From IMG/VR virus record IMGVR_UViG_3300025693_000001: a DNA stretch of 39,306 nucleotides. The stretch is one strand, 5' to 3'. Under the pieces are notes generated by a model. It ran no database searches and was not told the DNA's origin. It saw only the letters and a program-made list of their open reading frames with translations. The first letter of the stretch is position 1. Every line of letters begins with the position of its first letter. This DNA is from a virus (Duplodnaviria > Heunggongvirae > Uroviricota > Caudoviricetes). Both the position numbers and the translations under genes were made by a program. Shown one piece after another: positions 18,620 to 27,979 of this stretch.

Positions 18620-18967
18620 ATGTCAAAGAAAATATTTCCATATTACACTGATGAAACAGCAACAGCATGGAACACACCTATTGGTGATTATGTTGAAGGT
18701 CAATTGTGTAGTACGAATGAGCAATTGGTTGCATTAGCTGATGAACTTGATGTAGATGTGTCTAATCATATTGTTACTGACATAAGAGAAGCAACAGGTA
18801 TAATGTTTGATCGTATTGCTGTTGTGGATGATAAACATTGCGATATGTTGGAATCGTTGGGTAGAGCTGCAATTGAAGATAACAGTTGTGATTCTGGTTG
18901 GTATGCTGCTTGTGAGAACTATAATAATGTATTAGTTGAGTTAGCAGAATTCACATTACCAATTTAA
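18620..18967 (+). CDS. hypothetical protein
   Basis: Own promoter module. Confidence 0.8.
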   Translation: MSKKIFPYYTDETATAWNTPIGDYVEGQLCSTNEQLVALADELDVDVSNHIVTDIREATGIMFDRIAVVDDKHCDMLESLGRAAIEDNSCDSGWYAACENYNNVLVELAEFTLPI

Positions 18968-19031
18968 TAGTTGTCTTTAAATATAAATGTAGTATAATAG
19001 CTTTATTGATTAACAAAACCGGAGAAGTACA

Positions 19032-19196
19032 ATGGGTGAATTAGAAGCAGTAGAAGATCAAATCACAAATGCATGGGCAGCATTACATACAGCATTAGAA
19101 ACAAAGCAACAAACGTCTGTAGAGCGGTTAGAAGACCAATTAGAGGTTCTTCATAAAGAACAACAAGAGTTATATGACTTAGCAAGTATACACTAA
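19032..19196 (+). CDS. small helical-hairpin protein (54 aa; resembles 34549-34701)
   Basis: My translation MGELEAVEDQITNAWAALHTALETKQQ... Confidence 0.75.
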   Translation: MGELEAVEDQITNAWAALHTALETKQQTSVERLEDQLEVLHKEQQELYDLASIH

Positions 19197-19208
19197 GTTT
19201 GATAAAGG

Positions 19209-19235
19209 TAGCCACATTATTGTGGCTATTTTTTT
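19209..19235 (+). terminator. intrinsic terminator
   Basis: TAGCCACA-TTAT-TGTGGCTA + T7. Confidence 0.85.
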
Positions 19236-19366
19236 GTCTGTTGTATTAGTACATTCGTATATTCTAATATTAGAATATTAATAAAATAATACAAAAAAGA
19301 AATGTTGTCTTTTAATATTAATAATGTACAATAGCTTTATTGATTAACAAAACAGAGAGAAATAAA

Positions 19367-19882
19367 ATGAAAGATCAAATTACATTAGCAAATTCAAATC
19401 AAGTAGTATTATTCACAAGAGAATTATGTGGACAATTATCGGATGGATATTGGGAGAACAGTTCACCTAGAGAACATTGGAGAGCACCTTGTAGAGCTTC
19501 TGTAGTGGTAGGTGATACACCAAATGTTAATTTTATTCCACATAGAGCTTATAACTTTAATGCTAAAAAACTGGTTGATGTGGTAGGTGAACGAATGATG
19601 CAATATGTTAGATTGGCTAACAAATTTCCTGAATTGTCAACAGCAGCATTGTCGGTATTAGAGTATGGTGAATGGTGGTGGCTTCAAACACCTGCAAATC
19701 AAAAACAGCTTGACAATCACACTGATACACTAGCTGAATTGAAAACGATTGGTGTTACTCAGCACACTGATGTACAAACTATTGTTGACAATGTTGATGA
19801 AAGCAGTTACACAATGAAAGAGCTTCGAAAAGATTTAAGAGGTATAAATGAAGCTTTTAAGAATTCAAGATACACATTCTAA
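19367..19882 (+). CDS. hypothetical phage protein
   Basis: ELCGQLSDGYWENSSP motif; own promoter. Confidence 0.82.
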   Translation: MKDQITLANSNQVVLFTRELCGQLSDGYWENSSPREHWRAPCRASVVVGDTPNVNFIPHRAYNFNAKKLVDVVGERMMQYVRLANKFPELSTAALSVLEYGEWWWLQTPANQKQLDNHTDTLAELKTIGVTQHTDVQTIVDNVDESSYTMKELRKDLRGINEAFKNSRYTF

Positions 19883-19892
19883 TTGTTGACAG

Positions 19893-19924
19893 AGAGGTGG
19901 ATTTAGTATCCACCTTTCTTTTTT
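19893..19924 (+). terminator. repeated terminator, copy 3
   Basis: Same stem as 17301. Confidence 0.9.
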
Positions 19925-20056
19925 ATTTTTATATTAGTATATCCGAATATTCTAACATTAGAATATTCGATAACCATTGTGTAAATTAAATAGTTGTCTT
20001 TAAATATAAATGTAGTATAATAGCTTTATTGATTACAACAACAGAGAGAACACAGT

Positions 20057-20374
20057 ATGAGTACTAATGCAGTGATAGGTTTATTAACAGACAATAAAGT
20101 AGTAGCAGTTTGTTTACATTGGGATGGATATCCTGATCATGCTGGTAAGATTTTGTTGACTAATTATAATACTACAGAACAGTTACAAGAACTGTTGTCT
20201 TTTGGTGAGATATCCAGTATAGCTTCTACCATTGAAGATTCGGTATTTTATCACAGAGACAAAGGTGAAGATTTATATATTGAAGAAAACTTAACTGTTG
20301 ATCAATTCAATAAATTGAGAGAGGGAAGTTTTCACTATTTGTTTGATGTTGATACAGGTGAATATGTAAAATAA
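20057..20374 (+). CDS. phage hypothetical protein (HWDGYP motif)
   Basis: VCLHWDGYPDHAGKILL..YN..L..G.ISS. Confidence 0.82.
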   Translation: MSTNAVIGLLTDNKVVAVCLHWDGYPDHAGKILLTNYNTTEQLQELLSFGEISSIASTIEDSVFYHRDKGEDLYIEENLTVDQFNKLREGSFHYLFDVDTGEYVK

Positions 20375-20441
20375 ATAGTTGTCTTTTTATATCAATGTAG
20401 CTATTATAGCTACATTGATTAACAAAACAGAGAGAAATAAA

Positions 20442-20669
20442 ATGTCTAGAACAGTTAAAGAATTACATGATCATTTCAAAGAAATGCTTGATAAGGGTTA
20501 TGGTGATGCGTTGGTTGATTTCTGTGTAATACCAGAAGATGGTGAAGATGCTATTGATGTTGATTTGGATAGTAGTTGTGTTGCTGATGATACAGATTGC
20601 GAAACGACTATTATACATGCATTACTGCATGAATATCCACATGATAATAAATTAACGTTTGAAGAATAA
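20442..20669 (+). CDS. acidic hypothetical protein
   Basis: RTVKEL start; own promoter. Confidence 0.8.
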   Translation: MSRTVKELHDHFKEMLDKGYGDALVDFCVIPEDGEDAIDVDLDSSCVADDTDCETTIIHALLHEYPHDNKLTFEE

Positions 20670-20734
20670 AAGTTGTCTTTAAATATTAATGTAGTATAAT
20701 AGCTTTATTGATTAACAAAACAGAGAGAAATAAA

Positions 20735-21055
20735 ATGGCTGCAGTAAAATTGAGCATGAAAACATTAGACGATTCTGGTATTATTTCACATTCAAGTGAG
20801 AACAAAAACAAACAAACGGTGTTGATTTCATATGGTGGTTTGATGTACAGAATTACTGTTAACCATGATAGTTATGAAAGACAATCGTACGTTAGATTGG
20901 ACGTAATGTCAACAGAAAGAGAATGGACGTTTATCAAATCTGTAAATCCGCACGATTATACAGGACTAAGCTATGTAAGTCAAGTACCATATACTGGTCC
21001 AATTGCTGATTTGAAAAAAGTGATTAAAAAGACTTATGAAGTAACACCAAAATAA
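20735..21055 (+). CDS. hypothetical protein
   Basis: Own promoter module. Confidence 0.8.
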   Translation: MAAVKLSMKTLDDSGIISHSSENKNKQTVLISYGGLMYRITVNHDSYERQSYVRLDVMSTEREWTFIKSVNPHDYTGLSYVSQVPYTGPIADLKKVIKKTYEVTPK

Positions 21056-21120
21056 GTTGTCTTTTTGTATTGATGAGGTATAATAGCCTCATCAATTAAC
21101 GAAACAGAGAGAAAATAAAA

Positions 21121-21375
21121 ATGTTTACATCAACAACATCAACAATATCTAACCTTACAACACTATCACAAGTTAAATCACACGTTTGGGTTGGTAATGC
21201 TCATTCAGATCTATCTGCGTTTATGGCGATTGATAAACTCGTACAAGATACAACTGTTACAATTGAAGATCGTGCAGAATCATTACGTATTATGTCAGAT
21301 AAAGGTATGGGTTGTGGTCGTGATGAACAAATAACTGATGCTGACCTGGTACAGAATTATCTTGATAGTATGTAA
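21121..21375 (+). CDS. hypothetical protein
   Basis: Own promoter module. Confidence 0.8.
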   Translation: MFTSTTSTISNLTTLSQVKSHVWVGNAHSDLSAFMAIDKLVQDTTVTIEDRAESLRIMSDKGMGCGRDEQITDADLVQNYLDSM

Positions 21376-21391
21376 ATTAAATAGTTGACAA

Positions 21392-21422
21392 AGAGGTGGA
21401 TCTAGTATCCACCTTTCTTTTT
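21392..21422 (+). terminator. repeated terminator, copy 4
   Basis: Same stem as 17301. Confidence 0.9.
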
Positions 21423-21556
21423 GTTTTTTATATTAGTACATTCGAATATTATAATGTTATAATATTCGAATAAGCTTATACTAAAACAAATTGTTGTCTT
21501 TAAATATAAATGTAGTATAATAGCTTTATTGATTAACGAAACAGAGAGAAAATAAA

Positions 21557-21889
21557 ATGTTTAATTTTAATAATATGACTACCAAATTTGCAAAAGTATT
21601 ACTTGAAGAAATTGGTGGTTTAAGTGAGCAAGATTTTGGTGAGCTTGAGTATATTAAGTTGTTTGATGTCACGTACGATAGATACGAAGAGAAGACAACT
21701 TATATATACAAAATCGTATTCGAAGATGATAATGAAGGTGGTTGGTTTAGAACATCATTAATTGTCGATGTTGACAAATTGGGTGAATGTGTATCAATTG
21801 ATTATTCTGGTTGCCCTGATCACGAACTTGCTTACCCAACTGAGCAATCTGCAATTGATGGTTGTAATCATGTGAATTTCGAAGAATAG
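21557..21889 (+). CDS. hypothetical protein (paralog of 37976-38320)
   Basis: GG..I..F.V.Y..Y.Y.I..DD..T.L.V.VDK..DYSGC..H. Confidence 0.8.
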   Translation: MFNFNNMTTKFAKVLLEEIGGLSEQDFGELEYIKLFDVTYDRYEEKTTYIYKIVFEDDNEGGWFRTSLIVDVDKLGECVSIDYSGCPDHELAYPTEQSAIDGCNHVNFEE

Positions 21890-21897
21890 GTTGACAA

Positions 21898-21928
21898 AGA
21901 GGTGGATTTAGTATCCACCTCTTTTTTT
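21898..21928 (+). terminator. repeated terminator, copy 5
   Basis: AAGAGGTGGAT-TTAGT-ATCCACCTCTT + T tract. Confidence 0.9.
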
Positions 21929-22072
21929 GTTTTTTGTATTAGTATATCCGAATATTCTAATATTAGAATATTCGAGAACCAAATAAATGAAAAATAAACA
22001 AATAAAAGGTTGTACATTTATATGAATGGTGGATAATAGCCTTTATCGGTTAACAACACAGAGAGAAAACAA

Positions 22073-22855
22073 ATGCAAGTATCATCAGAAGTTAAACAAC
22101 AAGTAACTACTACACTACAATCATGCATCGACGTTGCAAATAAGCATTATGGTGTTGATATTCAGTTTCCTACAGTTGTATATAAAAAACGAGGATCTAC
22201 AGCAGGAACAGCTAATTATGGTACAAACACAATTGATTTGAATCCTGTGTTGTTAATGAATAATATTGATGCATTCATGAAACGTACAGTACCACATGAA
22301 ATGGCTCATTTAATCACTGATGAAATCGATCCTAAGTCCCATCAATCGTTTTTAGGACGAAAGAGACAACCACATGGAAAAACGTGGAAATCAGTAATGA
22401 GAGTGTTAGGTGCAGATCCTTCAAGATGTCATGACTATGATGTTTCATCAGTTGAACGAAAACGTAGTTCATACGAATATAAATGCGAAGAATGTGGTGA
22501 AAATTTAACGATGGGTGTTAAACGTCACAACAAACAACAACGAGCGTTAAGAAGTGGTTTGAATGCATATAGCCACAGTGGTTGTAAAGGTGCAAAATTG
22601 ATTTGGGTAACTGGGGATTTCACACCTGTTCGTAAAATTGCAGCTGATGCACCAACTCAACCAAAAAGACAACAAGAGCCTACAAAAATTCGTGTTTCAA
22701 AAAAGACAACTGCAATTACAATTTTTAATAACGAAAATGGACATGAAGGAACACACAGAGCAAAAATCATCAAACGCTACATGACTGAATTGGAAATGTC
22801 AACTGCAGGAGCATCAACCTACTACAGTAACATCAAAAAGGGAACATGGGCATAG
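22073..22855 (+). CDS. SprT-like zinc metalloprotease with C-terminal ASTYY helical module
   Basis: AGTA..IDLNP.LL, VPHEMAH (HExxH), PHGKTWKSVM..LG..P.RCH.Y, YKCEECG. Confidence 0.9.
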   Translation: MQVSSEVKQQVTTTLQSCIDVANKHYGVDIQFPTVVYKKRGSTAGTANYGTNTIDLNPVLLMNNIDAFMKRTVPHEMAHLITDEIDPKSHQSFLGRKRQPHGKTWKSVMRVLGADPSRCHDYDVSSVERKRSSYEYKCEECGENLTMGVKRHNKQQRALRSGLNAYSHSGCKGAKLIWVTGDFTPVRKIAADAPTQPKRQQEPTKIRVSKKTTAITIFNNENGHEGTHRAKIIKRYMTELEMSTAGASTYYSNIKKGTWA

Positions 22856-22874
22856 AAATTAAATAAGTTGACAG

Positions 22875-22905
22875 AGAGGTGGATTTAGTATCCACCTTTC
22901 TTTTT
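22875..22905 (+). terminator. repeated terminator, copy 6
   Basis: Same stem as 17301. Confidence 0.9.
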
Positions 22906-23039
22906 GTTTTTTGTATTAGTATATCCGAATGTTCTAATATTAGAATATTCGGAAAAGCTTATATAAAAATATAATGTTGCCTTTTAATATAAATGTAGTA
23001 TAATAGCTTTATTGATTACAACAACAGAGAGAACACATC

Positions 23040-23249
23040 ATGGCTCATATTACAATATTACAACAAACTTTCAGATCACTAGATCGCTTATATGATGTAT
23101 TAGAAGGTACTGATTATGCAGATGAGATAGAGGGAAGTGAATTTCCAGCAACACAAGCTAGAGCAGTTCAGGATAAAGTCAACAGTTTGTTGACAGAACT
23201 TGAAAATATTATGCCTGGATTACAAGCTGAAATTAACGACAAAAAGTAG
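23040..23249 (+). CDS. hypothetical helical protein
   Basis: Own promoter module. Confidence 0.78.
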   Translation: MAHITILQQTFRSLDRLYDVLEGTDYADEIEGSEFPATQARAVQDKVNSLLTELENIMPGLQAEINDKK

Positions 23250-23308
23250 TTGTCTTTTAATATAGATGAGCTATAATAAGCTCATCTATTACAGAACTGG
23301 AGAACAAA

Positions 23309-23695
23309 ATGTTTGAAGCTATAGAAGAAGGTCGTAAGTTATATGAACAGAAGTTTGTTTATTGTGGTTTTTATGATAACCTTTCTGAACATTTAATTAC
23401 CACACTGTTTGGTGAGCAGTATTTTGTTATTAAAATCACAGGGTGTGTTAGTGGATTTGGAATGGATTATAGTGTAGGGATTGATGCAGGTGGAAAAGGA
23501 CATGGCTTTACTACAAGAAAGGAAGCAGGTCAACGAAGAGATCAAATTCGTCGTAAGCAAAAAGGTTCTAGAATGTACAAATCAGTTGTTGTCCAAGGTA
23601 AGGATATGGTAGCTAAATTGGATATGATGAAAAACGTTTGTAGAACAAAACACAACCAATCAGTTTTTTCGGTAAATTTAACGTACAGTTATTAG
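23309..23695 (+). CDS. hypothetical protein
   Basis: Hairpin-type promoter, GGAG RBS. Confidence 0.8.
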   Translation: MFEAIEEGRKLYEQKFVYCGFYDNLSEHLITTLFGEQYFVIKITGCVSGFGMDYSVGIDAGGKGHGFTTRKEAGQRRDQIRRKQKGSRMYKSVVVQGKDMVAKLDMMKNVCRTKHNQSVFSVNLTYSY

Positions 23696-23773
23696 TTGTC
23701 TTTTAATATTAATGTAGTATAATAGATTTTGTGGTAGGGATTGGCCTTACCACTTCAACAAGGAAACAATACC

Positions 23774-23986
23774 ATGGCTGCAGAAGATTATACAAAAGAA
23801 CAATACAACGAACATCTACACGACCTTGTAGATGGACCATTTTACATAATCGAAGAGGATAATATAGTATCTTTAGTTCGTGTTACTGGTGAGGTAATCA
23901 CAACTGGTGATTATGAACATGTGGCTAAAAGAGCATATCTGATCCTTAAAGAAAATGGATGTTTATACAGTCTGATTAACGATTAA
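23774..23986 (+). CDS. hypothetical protein
   Basis: ATG 23774 after AGGA; structured leader. Confidence 0.75.
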   Translation: MAAEDYTKEQYNEHLHDLVDGPFYIIEEDNIVSLVRVTGEVITTGDYEHVAKRAYLILKENGCLYSLIND

Positions 23987-24054
23987 TTAGTTGTCTTTTT
24001 ATATTGATGAGGTATAATAGCCTCATCAGTTAACAAAACAGAGAGAAATAAAAA

Positions 24055-24345
24055 ATGTCTAATAATAAAACAATTCACTCAGATACATCATCAATCACAA
24101 TTGATTATAGAGCTACAAACGAAGCTCAAAACTTATATAAGTTAATATTTGAACCACAATCAACATCTACCTCATCACAATTCCGTGAAGTAGAATTGCA
24201 CATCCTAGCAAACAAACGGTGGTCTAAAATCCACACATTGTTAGAATGTCATGGAGGACGTGAGGTCATCGGTGAAGCACGTTTATCAGCTACGATCGAT
24301 TGCATGTATGAGTACATCGAAAAGATTAATGGTTATATGTCTTAG
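24055..24345 (+). CDS. hypothetical protein
   Basis: Own promoter module. Confidence 0.78.
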   Translation: MSNNKTIHSDTSSITIDYRATNEAQNLYKLIFEPQSTSTSSQFREVELHILANKRWSKIHTLLECHGGREVIGEARLSATIDCMYEYIEKINGYMS

Positions 24346-24407
24346 TTGTTGTCTTTAATTATAGATGTGCTATAATAAGCACATCTATTAAAGAACTGGA
24401 GTACGAA

Positions 24408-24629
24408 ATGGGATCTACTAGAAATCGCAATACATCGAACCGTAATTGGTTTGAAACATTAAACGAAGCGTTAGAATCGGAAGGGTTAGTTGATTTGTGG
24501 CCATTAGGTGTTACGCTTAGTTATGGTGAGACATATCGGTTTACAGCTGATGATGGTAGTAAGTTTGGTAGATTGATTAGCATATTCAGAGAGACAGATG
24601 GGAGGTATGAACGTCCCATACATTACTAA
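24408..24629 (+). CDS. phage hypothetical protein
   Basis: WFETLNEALESEGL..ISIFRETDGRYERPIHY. Confidence 0.8.
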   Translation: MGSTRNRNTSNRNWFETLNEALESEGLVDLWPLGVTLSYGETYRFTADDGSKFGRLISIFRETDGRYERPIHY

Positions 24630-24633
24630 TAAC

Positions 24634-24661
24634 AAAAAGACTACTTCGGTAGTCTTTTTTT
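24634..24661. terminator. bidirectional-type terminator with UUCG loop
   Basis: AAAAAGACTAC-TTCG-GTAGTCTTTTT. Confidence 0.9.
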
Positions 24662-24782
24662 GTCTGCAGTATGTGAATTCGAATATTATAATGTTGGAAT
24701 ATTCGAATTCACTACTGGGTATGAGTTGTTGACATTAGGGTGTTGGTGCGTATAATAAGGGTCACCACTAAAGGAGATGACT

Positions 24783-24926
24783 GTGTATGACAACCAATTA
24801 CTGATAGGACGTACAAACTTGCAGAAACAAATGATTTATGCGATGTTAGATGCTATAAACACTGAACGTCCGTATACAGAATTGTATTGGTACCTTCCGA
24901 TTTATAATAGATGGGAGCATGAATAA
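24783..24926 (+). CDS. small hypothetical protein (~47 aa)
   Basis: TTGACA-16-TATAAT at 24729, AAGGAG RBS; GTG 24783 (or ATG 24777); stop 24926. Confidence 0.6.
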   Translation: MYDNQLLIGRTNLQKQMIYAMLDAINTERPYTELYWYLPIYNRWEHE

Positions 24927-24992
24927 ATAGTTGTCTTTAAATATAAATGTAGTATAATAGCTTTATTGATTAACAAAACCGAGAGAAATAAA

Positions 24993-25409
24993 ATGAACAA
25001 CAAAACAAGAAATATCGCATTAGTATCAAAAGCAGAGATTGCAACTATGACAACTGCAATGTCAATTCAAAATGATATCATCGGTGATACAGTTACTGAT
25101 GACCTTTACATCCCAGATGGTGGGCAAGAAGTAACGGCCGGTCAGATGGTCACCATTCGTATGGCTGTTGAGCATCGTATTGATGTGTTAGTGTTAATCA
25201 CGTATATGCTTGCAGTTTTACCATTAATGAATCCAGAGGGTGATTTCATTCATCTAACAGATCGTGAGTATGAATTGTTACACTATGAACTTGAAGGTTA
25301 CTTAGCCATGATTAAAGATATGGTTGGTGAAGATTTAGATGGTACTACACTTAACAGTAGAGTACAACACATAGTTGATGTTAATATGTTACTACTCAAA
25401 TTCAGATAA
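24993..25409 (+). CDS. hypothetical protein
   Basis: Own promoter module. Confidence 0.8.
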   Translation: MNNKTRNIALVSKAEIATMTTAMSIQNDIIGDTVTDDLYIPDGGQEVTAGQMVTIRMAVEHRIDVLVLITYMLAVLPLMNPEGDFIHLTDREYELLHYELEGYLAMIKDMVGEDLDGTTLNSRVQHIVDVNMLLLKFR

Positions 25410-25471
25410 TAGTTGACTTAATATATAGATGAGCTATAATAAGCTCATCTATTAAAGAACAGGAGTACGAA

Positions 25472-25696
25472 ATGTTTAAAGCAAATCAACGAGTGACATA
25501 TGTCAATTCTGTTAATAACACATCGATGTGTGGTGTTGTTGAAATGGTTAAGGATGGTATTGCTATAATGTCCTCGGGTGAGTTTGGGGGTATGGGTCCG
25601 TTTTCAATGACATTCAAAGCTGACTCTGGTAAAGGAACTGGTGAGTATTTCGGTACACACATAGTAGATGGTCATCATTCACAGGAATCATTATGA
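25472..25696 (+). CDS. hypothetical small beta-barrel-like protein
   Basis: MFKANQRVTY..GVVEMV; AGGAG RBS. Confidence 0.78.
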   Translation: MFKANQRVTYVNSVNNTSMCGVVEMVKDGIAIMSSGEFGGMGPFSMTFKADSGKGTGEYFGTHIVDGHHSQESL

Positions 25697-25800
25697 ATAC
25701 TGCATTAGAGTTGATTTATCATTTGTCACCATATATGGTTGTTGGATTTGGTTTGATTGTTGTTACGATGTGGTTTGAAAACAAGGAGCCTAATGACTAA
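25693..25800 (+). CDS. small membrane peptide (35 aa)
   Basis: My translation MNTALELIYHLSPYMVVGFGLIVVTMWFENKEPND; ATGA overlap. Confidence 0.55.
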   Translation: MNTALELIYHLSPYMVVGFGLIVVTMWFENKEPND

Positions 25801-25963
25801 TCTGTTAGCGGTAATGCCACTCATATGTGAATTCTGTGAGTGGTTATCCATCAGCATTGATTATATCGATGCTGATAGTACAGTAATCGAACGTACGGTA
25901 CAAAAGGTTGTATTTGTGTTACCTTTCTTTGTTCTGTTATTCATACACTATTCGGAGTCGTAA
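25793..25963 (+). CDS. small membrane protein
   Basis: ATG 25793 after AAGGAG; C-terminal hydrophobic stretch. Confidence 0.6.
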   Translation: MTNLLAVMPLICEFCEWLSISIDYIDADSTVIERTVQKVVFVLPFFVLLFIHYSES

Positions 25964-25978
25964 GGCTCCTTTTTTTTA
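25954..25978 (+). terminator. intrinsic terminator
   Basis: GGAGTC-GTAA-GGCTCC + T8. Confidence 0.8.
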
Positions 25979-26105
25979 TACACATACATATCCGAATATT
26001 CTAATATTAGAATATTCGGATATGCTTATACTAAAATAGATAGTTGCCTTTTAATATCAATAATGTATAATAGCTTTATTGATTAACAAAACAGAGAGAA
26101 ATAAA

Positions 26106-26363
26106 ATGAACAAGTTTAAACGTGGTTTAGTATCAGGTGTAGTTCGTAAGAAAGTTAAGAATGAAATATATGGTCAATACGTTGACAAATGTGTAAAAAG
26201 CGTTAAGTATAAATTCTTTGTATCAAAACAATCCGATAAAGTTATTAACAAAATTCACAAAAAGTTAAAGAAACTAGGTTTAACGGATTTTGATGTTGTA
26301 AACTATAAAGCAAAAGGATGGCGTGGTAAGTACAACAAATTAATTGTTACAGTAAATTATTAA
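26106..26363 (+). CDS. basic hypothetical protein
   Basis: Lys-rich; own promoter. Confidence 0.78.
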   Translation: MNKFKRGLVSGVVRKKVKNEIYGQYVDKCVKSVKYKFFVSKQSDKVINKIHKKLKKLGLTDFDVVNYKAKGWRGKYNKLIVTVNY

Positions 26364-26431
26364 TTAGTTGTTGTCTTTTTATACAGATGCGCTATAATAA
26401 GCGCATCATTTAACAAAACAGAGAGAAAATC

Positions 26432-26623
26432 ATGCCACATAAAACAGCAACGTATAACCTAACAGTATCAGCAAATACTAAAGTTGTAACAAATGCAAAT
26501 GGTAGTACTACAATTACATTTGAGAAACAAGTGCCTGACGATAGTTACGATGAAGATGATGAAGGCAAAATGCAAAATGACATGTTGTGGGAAGGATTTG
26601 GCCACGATTTTGAAATAAAATAA
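26432..26623 (+). CDS. hypothetical protein (paralog of 29936-30175)
   Basis: ATY.LT..A.T...TN..GS.TI..E...QN.MLWE.F.HDF. Confidence 0.8.
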   Translation: MPHKTATYNLTVSANTKVVTNANGSTTITFEKQVPDDSYDEDDEGKMQNDMLWEGFGHDFEIK

Positions 26624-26687
26624 TAGGTGTCTTTTTATATAGATGCGCTATAATAAGCGCATCATTTAACAAAACAGAGAGAAAATC

Positions 26688-26909
26688 ATGCCACAAATTC
26701 TATTAAAAAACCAAGATAATGATGAGCTACTTGATATTGATCAAGAGACGTTTGATACGATTGAGAACTTATTGTTGACAGCAGTTGACAAAGAAGCTGA
26801 ATGGGAGGTTGTTGAAGATGTGTTAGATAAGTTGTTAGCTAAAGGGAGAGTATCAGCTACAATGGCTACTATTGATTTCACAGCAAATAAACCAAATTAC
26901 CATTTTTAA
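26688..26909 (+). CDS. acidic hypothetical protein
   Basis: Promoter/leader almost identical to preceding gene's. Confidence 0.78.
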   Translation: MPQILLKNQDNDELLDIDQETFDTIENLLLTAVDKEAEWEVVEDVLDKLLAKGRVSATMATIDFTANKPNYHF

Positions 26910-26972
26910 ATGTTGACTGGCAGAATCAATAAAGTATAATAGCTTTATTGATTCACTAATCGGAGAGCTGAA

Positions 26973-27488
26973 ATGACCCACATATCAAAACTAATAAAGG
27001 ATCACATTAACGGTGGTACTTTTATTTCGATCACGACTTCTACTGCTGTCAAGTTGGCAGGTGGTAAGAAGAATCCTCTACAAGGTATGGTACGTAAGAT
27101 TACTACCGGTACCAACGTCATGATATTTCAGAACAAAGTTCAGAATGGATATGAGAATATGGTAGAACGTAGATTGATTGCGGAAGGTAAGAATCCATCA
27201 ACGTTTGTATTAGGACCTCGTGTGTGGGGTACTAGATTGCCTGATACACCTTTCATAGAACACAAAGGTAATCATTATCTTGAAGTCATCACTTTACGTA
27301 CCGGGGAGGTGCATTATGAGGTGAAAGGTGTTCGAACTGCTACAAACTTTATAGTAGGGTTACCTGATGAACCAATTGATCCGAATCAAGGTGGATTGGA
27401 TAACACGGTAAAGATTAGAGCATATAATGTCAATAGTATAACATCAATGGTGGTTGATAAGAATGAGTACACGCAAATCGAATATTAA
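26973..27488 (+). CDS. phage hypothetical protein
   Basis: GGKKNP..G..YENMVERRL..WG.R..PFIEHKG.YL. Confidence 0.82.
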   Translation: MTHISKLIKDHINGGTFISITTSTAVKLAGGKKNPLQGMVRKITTGTNVMIFQNKVQNGYENMVERRLIAEGKNPSTFVLGPRVWGTRLPDTPFIEHKGNHYLEVITLRTGEVHYEVKGVRTATNFIVGLPDEPIDPNQGGLDNTVKIRAYNVNSITSMVVDKNEYTQIEY

Positions 27489-27620
27489 GTTAGCTATTGC
27501 GTTGGGTATGAGTGCGATGGCAATTCACACTCGTATGCACGTAGCAGAAGAGGAGTTTGTGTCTGATAAACCTAAACACAAAACTCCACCTAAGCCGTAT
27601 TACCGTAAGAATGAACGGTA

Positions 27621-27848
27621 TTAAGCTCGATCTCTTGCTCTGTCTGCGGCATCCATGTCAGCATCTGAGTAGTCATCGTCGCTATCATCAACATCATCGT
27701 CTTTCATCTTTGCCATCTTTTTACGATACTTGGGATCGTTTTTGAGTCTATCGTTGTTAGCCATATTACGTTCAAATCCACGTTCGCTTCGTTTTTTGTC
27801 TGTTGGTAACTCATCTTCAGTTAATTGTAGTAGTTCTTGTAATAACAT
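27621..27848 (-). CDS. highly charged small protein, possibly late/virion-internal
   Basis: AAGGAG RBS; opposite to array; CATAAATA upstream. Confidence 0.72.
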   Translation of the reverse strand: MLLQELLQLTEDELPTDKKRSERGFERNMANNDRLKNDPKYRKKMAKMKDDDVDDSDDDYSDADMDAADRARDRA

Positions 27849-27877
27849 TGTTAACTCCTTATTTTATATTATTCGAA

Positions 27878-27885
27878 TATTTATG
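27878..27885 (-). promoter_or_regulatory. possible T4-type late promoter (CATAAATA)
   Basis: One mismatch to TATAAATA, ~30 nt upstream of ATG, no -35 seen. Confidence 0.4.
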
Positions 27886-27979
27886 CTTACTAATGTTGAA
27901 CCTACTGAAAATAAATAGTTGCCTTTAAATATTAATGTAGTATAATAGCTTTATTGATTACAACAACAGAGAGAAGCAA

